This document shows positions 35,107-44,575 of a stretch of DNA of 64,000 nucleotides, in pieces. The translations under genes were made by a program, and so were the position numbers. The notes under the pieces were generated by a model, which did not search any database, was not told where the DNA came from, and saw only the letters and a list, made by a program, of their open reading frames with translations. How positions within the stretch are numbered: the stretch's first letter is position 1; every line of letters starts with the position of its first letter. Source of the DNA: Octopus bimaculoides (lineage: Eukaryota); contig NC_068998.1 in the NCBI RefSeq assembly GCF_001194135.2, forward strand, positions 15,613,393 through 15,677,392, read 5' to 3'.

Positions 35107-36008
35107 CTGGCAGTGGAGAGCAATCGCCATATTCCCTTCCATGTCGGATACCTCTGATGAGCGTATTTATATAATNNNNNNNNNNNNNNNNNNNNNNNNN
35201 NNNNNNNNNNNNNNNNNNNNNNNNNNNNNNNNNNNNNNNNNNNNNNNNNNNNNNNNNNNNNNNNNNNNNNNNNNNNNNNNNNNNNNNNNNNNNNNNATAT
35301 ATATATATATATATATATATATGTGCATATATACATATATGCACACACACACATATATATGCACATGCATGAACATGTACATGCATGAACATGTACATGC
35401 ATACATTATATACGTAAATATACATATACGATGTGTACATACGTACACACAAACACACGCGCTCGCACACACATAATCAAACTAATTCCATTAATATGAA
35501 ACACATTTCTTACTATTTTTTCCTTGTCTGATACAGGATTTCCTGCTTTTCTCTCACACTCTACTCACTGAACAATTCTCTCTCTCCCTCTCTCTCTGTC
35601 CTCTCACTTTCTCACCTCTTTCTTTTCTTCTTTTCTTTTTCTTCCTTCTTCTGCAGAGAAAATCGTAACAAATTAAATTATCGTTGGTTGTGTAAAACAT
35701 TAATGAGGAAATCTAGATTCTCGTGTCTCTAACCAGAGGCGCTAACAAGAATAATATTATCAATAAATAGCAATAACAACACGCAACAGTAGAATACACA
35801 ACAACAACAACAACAACAACAACTCCGACAGTAGCGATAACAGAAACGACCACAAGAACAGCAGCAACAACTCTTATTACAGCGTTTGCAACTGCTATAG
35901 CTGCAATGATAACAACAACACCAGCAACAACAACTCCAACAATAGCAACAACAATAACAACTTCAGTAATAGCAAAAACAACATCGACTAGCGTTTGCAA
36001 CAGTGATA

Positions 36009-36416
36009 ACTGCGCTCGCTAAACCGCGGGTTCAAATTCTTGATTGCGCTCGCTTAATCGCGGTTTGAAACTGTTAACTGCACTCGCTAAACCGCGGGTT
36101 CAAACAGTTAACTGTGCTCGCTTAACCGCGGTTTCAAACTCTTAATTGCGCTCGCTAGACCGCGAGTTCAAACGGGTAACAGCGGTCGCTTAACCGCGGT
36201 TTCAATCTCTTAATTGCGCTCGCTAAACTGCAGGTTCAAACGGTTAACCGCGGTCGCTAAACCGTTGGTTGAAACGGTTAACTGCTCTCGTTAAATCGCA
36301 GGCTGAAACGGTTAACTGCGTTCGCTTAACCACGGTTTCAAACTCTTAATTGCGCTCGCTTAACCACGGTTTCAAACTCTTAATTGCGCTCGCTTAACCA
36401 CGGGTGCAAACGGTTA
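36009..36416. repeat. 12 x 34-bp CpG-rich tandem repeat
   Basis: Unit A(C/T)TGCGCTCGCT(A/T)AACCGCGG(G/T)TTCAAAC(GG/TC)TTA; 408 bp is exactly 12 units with no indels. Confidence 0.95.
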
Positions 36417-36926
36417 AGGGCTACTTCCATGCATGTCAAGAGTAAAAGAACCTCCATTATGAAATAGAATCTTGCATTAGCTTCGACGGCGAGTACTCTA
36501 TTCGTTCGACAAACCAAAGTACGTACTCATCCTATTACAGTATGTTTAGCTGTATAATATAGATTCGTCTTATGCTCTAATCAGCTTTTTCCCTTACGAA
36601 AGAAGTAGGCCACCTGACAGGCACCCTTACGGTTTTTGTCTACCCGAAATAGCCATATGTGGTCGCTTGATTCGTTAGAAATAACTGTTAAATCTTCTCT
36701 AGATTATAGCTTACTATATTAAAAAAGAAGGAGACGCTAGATAATGTGTCCTTAAAAAGTAAGGACACACTGGATAATGTGTTCCTGAATACATACCATT
36801 CTTCAAAAAAAAAAAAAAAAGGATGGTCGTGGCTGGAACACCTTTGAATAAGTCGGGCCTGAGATGAACAACAACCTTGGACAGTCATTACGCCAAGGAA
36901 TATAAACACATACACTATAAATAATA

Positions 36927-37176
36927 AATGCGCCCTTTTAAAGCCTAGCCAGGCTCATGGGCCCGGTTTCTCGGTTTCAATGGCGTATGTGTTCCCCAGC
37001 TGGACGGGACGCCAGTCCATCGAAGCGTTACTCATTTTTGCCAGCTGAGTGGACTGGAGCAACGTGAAATGAAGTGTTTTGCTCAAGAACACAACGCGTC
37101 GCCCGGTCCAGGAATCGAAACCACAATCTTACGATCATGATGCTGACACCCTAACCACTAAGCCACGCACCTCCAC
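36927..37176 (-). mobile_element. tRNA-derived SINE, family D (young)
   Basis: Minus strand GTGGAGGTGCGTGGCTTAGTGGTTAGG..GGTTTCGATTCC..TGTGTTCTTGAGCAAAACACTT. Near-identical copy at 49622-49872(-) and a partial copy at 54840-55060(-). Confidence 0.85.
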
Positions 37177-37675
37177 AAACACACACACACTGGTTCCATA
37201 TAATTTGTTCTTTGTTAGTCAATCGGTTAAATATCTAACCAGGTAACTAATCGATCGTTTGTTTAACGTGTTGGTTAAACAATCATATATATTAAACAAT
37301 CAATCGGTTGTTTGTTTGTTAAAATCCTTTCGTCGTTATTCGCGACCTCACCAATGACAATTCCTCCTCTCTTCAAGATCTGTCTTCGAGAGAAGACGCA
37401 TGGAGATAAGCTGAAGCCAAGCTAGCAAGGCGCTGAAAAACATTGCTCTGCTGTCTAAAAATCAGAATAACCATCCGACAGCTCCACTTCATTAAGGAAT
37501 ACATTACTTCCAGGCTGTTCACTAATTCCATTAATTCGACTGTAAGACGGCTTACGTAGTGCCAGGCAGGAAAATTAAAATGCACGACGTTGTTGAACAT
37601 CAAAAAGAGAATATGCACGGAAATCAGCCCAGTACCCCGTCACCCCGTCCCTCATTAAAAAAAAAAAGACTTAAG

Positions 37676-37677
37676 GC

Positions 37678-37719
<42 letters not shown>

Positions 37720-38079
37720 TCTTTCAAACGCCGGCAATTCTAGTAGAGTAGAAAGGGCTGTGTGTGTGTGTGTTTGTGTGCACGAGTGTATGTAGAAGTT
37801 ATGTTTTTGCTAGTGATGATGATAAGGATAATGATGACGGTGACGATGATGACAATAATGATGATGATGATGATGATGATGAGGAGGAGGAGGAGGAGGA
37901 GAAAAGGGAGAGGAGGAGGAGGAGATGAAGAAGGCGGGGAGAAACAACACGAGGAAGTAGAAGACGTCGATGATCATGTAGATGATGATGACGATGATGA
38001 TGATGATGACGATGATGATGATGATGATGATGACGATGATGATGATGATGATGACGGTGATGATGATGATGATGATGAC

Positions 38080-38124
<45 letters not shown>

Positions 38125-38150
38125 GGTGGTGTGGTGATGATGATGATGAC

Positions 38151-38210
<60 letters not shown>

Positions 38211-38479
38211 GGTGTGNNNNNNNNNNNNNNNNNNNNNNNNNNNNNNNNNNNNNNNNNNNNNNNNNNNNNNNNNNNNNNNNNNNNNNNNNNNNNNNNNNNN
38301 NNNNNNNNNNNNNNNNNNNNNNNNNNNNNNNNNNNNNNNNNNNNNNNNNNNNNNNNNNNNNNNNNNNNNNNNNNNNNNNNNNNNNNNNNNNNNNNNNNNN
38401 NNNNNGACGATGATGATGATGGTGGTGGTGGTGGTGGTGTGGTGATGATGATGATGATGACGATGATGATGACGACGAC

Positions 38480-38512
<33 letters not shown>

Positions 38513-38538
38513 GGTGGTGTGGTGATGATGATGATGAC

Positions 38539-38598
<60 letters not shown>

Positions 38599-38760
38599 GG
38601 TGTGGTGACGATATTTTTCGCGAGCGTATTGAATTATTGCAGAAACCAAGCTGAAAATACCAACAATAACAAGTTCCACAATAGACAAAAGGAAAAAAAA
38701 TGGAGATAACAAAAGCAACGGCAGCAGCAGCAGCAGCAACACATTAAAAGCAACTGTAAC
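37676..38760. repeat. Compound trinucleotide array (ACA)n/(GAT)n/(GGT)n with a higher-order unit
   Basis: Direct reading; the block (GAT)n(GGT)~7-GT-GGT recurs about 5 times; spans an N gap. Confidence 0.9.
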
Positions 38761-38797
38761 AGCAATATTATCGTTACCGACATCAGCAACAATCATA

Positions 38798-39674
38798 CGA
38801 AGTGGTATCAAAAGTTTCCCGGACTTGTTATGTTTAGTCAAAACATAACTCATTTACCTAAGCTTTAACATGATCTTCTTCGAAATAGTCACCTTGCGCA
38901 GCACTACACCGATCCCAGCGTCCCTGTCACTTTTGGAATCCGGCCTGGAAGTCGTTTTCCGTAAGCGGGTCGAGGACATTCTGCGATTCACTCTGGTTCT
39001 CGACAACAGTGTTAGAACGGTGATCTTTGAGCTGCGTTTTCATCTTGGGGAAGAGATGGAAGCCTACAGGTACTAAATCTGGTGACTAGGGTGGGTGTGG
39101 AAGCGATACCATGTTTTTGGCGAGAAACCCACAAGTGAAGAGAGCTGGTGCTCCACAGATCCGGTCACTTTCGCCGAATATCATCCCTCAAACGCTTCAA
39201 AACGTTACAGTAGAACTCTCGATTGACGGTCTGGCCCTTAGGGACGAATTCACATTGCACAATACCACGTTTACGTGGGTGACTCACTTGGCAGGTCTTC
39301 CAGATTGCTCATCGTCTCTCAGGGACGTTCTTCCGCTTTTGAAGCGCCCGTGCCACTCGAAACATTGCGTTCGACTCATTGCCCCGTCACCGTAAGCTTG
39401 CCGAAACATGCTTTATGTTTCTGTAGCAGACTTCCCAAGTATAACGCAAAATTTCACGATGGTTCTTTGTTCCTGTCCATGACAGAATCGCAGACCACAG
39501 CGTATACATGACCTCAAAAACACGAATTCCACAAGTTGCGAAGTAAACACAGCAATGTCACTCGGAATATTGTCTCATGAAGGTCACTGCTAGCTCTCAC
39601 TGCGCACGCAACCGTGTGCTGCCATCTGTTGGCGCATCGCAGAACTAGTCTGGGAACTTTTTGATACTACCTCG
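38798..39674 (-). mobile_element. Internally deleted mariner element with both TIRs
   Basis: TIRs CGAAGTGGTATCAAAAGTTTCCCGGACT and CGAGGTAGTATCAAAAAGTTCCCAGACT with TA TSDs. Minus-strand peptide EQRTIVKFCVILGKSATET*SMFRQAYG..FEWHGRFKSGRTSL..SGRP is joined to GIVQCEFVPKGQTVN.. and SPDLVP..HLFPKMK..RWDRC..QGDYFE. Confidence 0.92.
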
Positions 39675-39679
39675 TAACA

Positions 39680-40385
39680 TCATAATCAACAACATCGTTG
39701 ACAACAATAACAAAAACAAGCATAACAGTTTCAAATGAAAATCATAGCATCACCAACAACCATAGCGACAGTAAGAACAACGACATCATCATCATTATCA
39801 CCGTCATCGTCATCGACATCGTCTTCGTCGTCGTAGTCGTCGTGGTCGTCGTCCTCGTCCTCCTCGTCCTCGTCCTCGTCGTCCTCGTCCTCCTCGTCCT
39901 CGTCCTCCTCCTCCTCGTCCTCCTCGTCCTCGTCCTCCTTCTCGTCCTCGTCCTCCTCCTCGTCCTCCTCGTCCTCCTCCTTCTCGTCCTCCTCGTCCTC
40001 CTCCTCCTCATCGTCATCGTCATCCTCGTCATTGGTCGTCGTCGGTGTCGTTGTCGTCGTCATTGTCGTCGTCATCATGGTCNNNNNNNNNNNNNNNNNN
40101 NNNNNNNNNNNNNNNNNNNNNNNNNNNNNNNNNNNNNNNNNNNNNNNNNNNNNNNNNNNNNNNNNNNNNNNNNNNNNNNNNNNNCACCACCACCACCAAC
40201 AACAACAACAACAACAACAACAACGTTCATGGCAACAAAAGAAACGAAATATTTCCACATGAAAATCCAATATATATCCTGGAGACATCATATGGAAATA
40301 TAATTGGTTATGTTGATATATCATGTGATAATGGTATTGTTGTTATTGTTGATGTTGCTGTTGCTGCTGCTGCTGTTGCTGATGG

Positions 40386-40417
<32 letters not shown>

Positions 40418-40430
40418 ATGAGGCTGACAA
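39680..40430. repeat. Compound trinucleotide array (ACA/CAT/GTC/CTC/GAT)
   Basis: Direct reading; gives poly-D/E, poly-L/V and poly-R/T spurious ORFs. Confidence 0.9.
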
Positions 40431-40653
40431 GGACGTCATATCTACATATATGTATATACGTATGCACACACACAAACACACACACACACACACACACGTT
40501 TATACACACGCATGCATATATGTATATATTTACATACAAGCATAATATAGCACGGGGATGGAGGATATCGGGCTTTAAATAGATCACATTTGTTTCTTTA
40601 TAGTTACTATATATTTGTTTCTGTCATTTGACTACGGCCATGCTGGAGCACTG

Positions 40654-40695
<42 letters not shown>

Positions 40696-41212
40696 TAATA
40701 AAGGAGTTACGACGCAAAAACGTATAAATTCAAAAGAACATATTTATCTTCTTCAATATATATTTCAGTATAAAGAATTCATTAAGATGCTTAAATCAAA
40801 ATTTCTTTATACATCATTCAGGAACAGATATAACATCAGAAAAAATACATTCCGTTTAAAAACACAAACCGTTCATGGCGAAAACATGATGATTTTTTAA
40901 GTTAGCTTACCAATTATTGTTGGTAGTTAATTTATAATATATTGTTATATATATATATATATATATATATTCTTGTACTTGTTTCAGTCATTTGATTGCT
41001 TCCATGCTGGAGTACCGTCTTCAGTCGAACAAATCGACACCAGGACTTACTCCTTGTAAGCCTAGGACTTATTCTATCGGTTTGTTATTACCGAATTGCT
41101 AGTTACGGGAACGTAAACAAACCAGCATCGGTTGTCAAGCGATGGTGGTGGTGGTGGTGGGGGAAACACACACACACTCATATACATATACACACACATA
41201 TATATATATATA

Positions 41213-42389
41213 CATGGTCTGATCAATAAATATCCGAACTGTTGCCATAGTAACGAAGCTAAAGCACGCAGAGTGAAGTCGCTTGGCACAGTTTAACCCT
41301 GAACCTTGCTGAGCATGTGCACTAAATTTTAATTTTCTAGCTCACTTCCTCTGTTTACAGCAGCCCTTGGAAGGAACTTGTGTAGCATGTCATCGTTGCA
41401 TTGACCATGACAGGGAAAGTTGAGCAGAGAATCTGCATCAAATTTTGTCAAAAGTTGGGCGATACTTGCTCAGAGGCCTACGCAATGTTTTCAGTAAGTT
41501 TTCATAGTTCTCGATACAATCAAGGGGATTTTGTGCATGTTGTATAGTGAAGCTGTATACCCCCCCCCCCCCGGTAAAAAGTGGTAGTAAGCAGCCATTA
41601 TAAATAGACCAGTAGCCGGTCGTCAAGAGAGGGTCAGGAATCGACAGTTCTAGTCGGTGTCTTGTGGAGCGGTAGTAAGACACAAGAAATTAGTGTATCA
41701 TTATTCCGGTACGAAGAGATACAACGGTATCCGATAACTAGTAAGTATTGTGGCTACTGGCGTAAAACAGCAACTACAGTACAACGGCAGTCATACTTCA
41801 CATTAGTGAGAGGAACCCTCTTTATAACAGTGCAACTGAAACCCGAGTGTCATTTTGGTCGGCTGAAAGCAGTTTTGGCACGCGTCTCATACCCAAATCT
41901 TCAGTGATAATGGACTGAACTGAACCGTAACTAATCTGCACATCCTGTCATAACTCACGAATGATGATTCGACGATTTCCTCTCACAGTTGCTCACACAT
42001 CTGCGATGTTTTTCTCAGTTCTGCTGGTTGTGGGTCTCCCAGAACGTTCGTCAATAACGATATTTTTTCAGCCATCTTGGAAACGTCTAAACTACTCGTA
42101 CACTTGTGTGTGGTTCATACACTCCTCTCCATACACTTTCTGCAACTTTGTGCAGGCCTCTGGGCAGGTATCGCTATGACAACTTTCTGTGTCATGGTCA
42201 ATACAACGATCAAACGCTATACACGTTCCTTCCAAGCACTGCTGTAAACAGCGGAAGTGAGGTAGAACATTAAAACTTAGTGCGCATGCACAGCAGAGGT
42301 CAAAGTCAATCTTTGTCAAGCGGCCTCACTCTGCGTGCTTTAGCTTCGTTATTATGGCAACAGTCCGGATACTTATTGATCAGACCTCG
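41213..42389. mobile_element. Non-autonomous mariner derivative made of two inward-facing 5' ends, interrupted by a solo LTR
   Basis: Both termini carry the 5' TIR (A/G)GGTCTGATCAATAA(A/G)TATCCG(A/G)ACTGTTGCCATA flanked by TA. The left arm encodes MTGKVEQRICIKFCQKLGDTCSEAYAM; the right arm (minus strand) continues through DERSGRPTTS to PKLLSADQ. Confidence 0.88.
41538..41829. mobile_element. Solo LTR (292 bp)
   Basis: Begins TGTTGTA and ends TATAACA (TG..CA with a short inverted repeat). Exact 5-bp TSD GTGCA at 41533-41537 and 41830-41834; TATAAATA near 41599. The mariner sequence resumes on both sides. Confidence 0.85.
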
Positions 42390-43510
42390 TACATTCATAT
42401 ATATGTGCGTATGAGTCTGTGTGTGTCTGCGTGTGTTTGCATATAGATCTAAATGTGTGATTGTTCGTTAGTCTAACAATCCACTATTTATTGTGGGTTC
42501 TCTGTTTCATAACAATCATTTCTCCCAGGGAAAGAATATTTCACGTGAGATCACACGAAGTAAGCTAAAACCAGCAGTCACAACAGATACCATTCCATTA
42601 TCAGTTAAGACTTGGAAGCAATGTAATAAATTAACAATACGTTCTTTTGTCATAGCTTCACCATTTCTACAGACGTCTGAGCTGGATCGACACTTCTGGC
42701 GATGCTGAGAACAACCGCTTATATTCTTATTTTTTCATACACCAGTTGTACAAATATTTGCTGTTTTCACAGCTGATCATACATTTCCATATATACACGC
42801 ACGCACGCACGCACGCACGCACGCATGTCTGTATATATCTATAAGCATATATACATATGTTTATAAGTATGCGTGCGTGCGTGCACATGTGTGCATATAT
42901 AATTACACTTACTGACACAGTCATATTACATACGTGTGAGTGTATGTATGTATGTATGTATGTATGTATGGATGGATGGATGTATGTTTGCATGCATGTA
43001 CGTATAGCCTTGTTTATCATCAATTCATTCATCACTGATCCGGTGTAACACAGTACGCTCAAATGTGAAACATGTTGCGCTTATCACGGATTGACTTGTG
43101 ATAACACGGATCAACGATTAGTTGAAAATTCTGTTTGTATCGCACCCCAGCAACTATCCATAATGTACAGCATCTCTGAACGCATTGAGCATTGCTTGCG
43201 TTTACATGAGCATGCTGATAAAATTTTTTTTATGTATTCAAGCCCATCATAACGGACCAATGAAAAGAAAAATTACGAAGGAACCTGATCCTAAACAAAC
43301 GTCGCAGGTAAGTGTATTCTCTACAGTAAAAAGTAGAAATGATCAAGAAAATACGTGAATGGAAGCTTCGTTGCTGTTGGGCCGCAGGTTTGGTGTCGTT
43401 GAATCTACCATTCAATCCATTTACAACGTGTTGAGTTAATTCATTTATCACTGTTTTTTTTCGAACCATCGCTTCATGTTACACACACGCGCGAGTGCAC
43501 TCACACACAT

Positions 43511-43560
<50 letters not shown>

Positions 43561-43583
43561 ACACGCACGCGCACACACACACA

Positions 43584-43797
43584 CGAGGGGGTGTTGAAAA
43601 GTTCTTGGCTACGAGTAAAAGAAACTACAAGAGGATTAGTTAATTATGATTTTATTCAACATACTTCCCTCATACTCACACACTTATTGCAGCTATCCTT
43701 CATATTTTTTTATGCCCTATAAAAGAAGTCGGAAGATTGGGCCTCCAGCCAGGCGTTTCGCGTCATCCCTAAAACCAGGAACTTTTCAAGCACACTC
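43584..43797 (-). mobile_element. Mariner-derived MITE (internal deletion)
   Basis: TIRs CGAGGGGGTGTTGAAAAGTTCTTGG and (reverse complement) TGAGTGTGCTTGAAAAGTTCCTGG. The interior minus strand resembles a transposase end (..NKCVSMGKYVE*). Confidence 0.75.
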
Positions 43798-44091
43798 ATA
43801 TATATATATATTGTTCCTTGTTAATACATACATGCATACATACATACATACATACATACATACGTACGTATGTATGTGTGTATGTATGTATGTATGTGTC
43901 ATTATTCAGTTTTATTTCAAAATTTCTTCCCAATAGAGAAAGAGTCGGTTTCTAACCTATATCCAAGGCTTCTTCATTGGAATTTGAGCAACATTAACAG
44001 GGTATTTTTGTATGTAAGTATGCATGCAGGCATGTATGTATGTATGTATGTATGTATGTATGCATGTATGTATGTATCTTCTATTTTTTTA

Positions 44092-44575
44092 ATTATTATA
44101 AATCTTCCACTGAGGAGGGAGCCGGTTTCCAACAAAGCTACAAGGCTCCATCTTTGGGATGTAGTTAACAGACAAATTCACATTTGGAACTTGAGAAAGT
44201 CTTGCATATTTTTACTGTTCCACTCACAAATTGCACTTGTAATGTACGAATTAGCCAGTCGATTTCTCTTTCTGAAAATCCCAGTTCATCCAGATTCTCC
44301 TTTAAGCATTTACTAACAAAGCCTATTGCTCCAATGATTATCGGTTTGAATACGAATTCGTGGTCTGGATATACAAGCTGGAGGTTTTGAAGTTGTTGTC
44401 CATAAATATCCTCTTTTTCTTTGATTTTCAAAGAGGCATTTATATCTGTTGGGCAACTGACCTCTATGATGGTACATACCTTTGCCCCTCTGTTCCAAAC
44501 AACAATATCCGGCCTATGTTTACATTTGACAGAAGTTTTGATGGGAATATTCCACCAGTATTCCTTGAGTTGGTG
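44092..44575 (-). mobile_element. 5'-truncated RLE-type non-LTR retrotransposon 3' end (R4/Dong-like)
   Basis: Open frame QLKEYWWNIPIKTSVKCKHRPDIVVWNRGAKVCTIIEVSCPTDINASLKIKEKEDIYG..FKPIIIGAIG..SGTVKICKTF, carrying the PD..D/ExK restriction-like endonuclease motif. A related 3'UTR copy lies at 43905-44000. Confidence 0.85.

Noticed and set aside
36009-36416. CRISPR-like appearance of the 34-bp array
   Set aside because: The units are contiguous with no unique spacers, there are no cas genes, and the context is eukaryotic.
37762-38853. Poly-D/M/H/I ORFs
   Set aside because: Translations of (GAT)n/(GGT)n microsatellites.
39731-40324. 197-aa acidic D/E-rich ORF on the minus strand
   Set aside because: It lies wholly within a compound trinucleotide array that is open in several frames, spans a gap, and has no convincing splice sites or non-repetitive domain.
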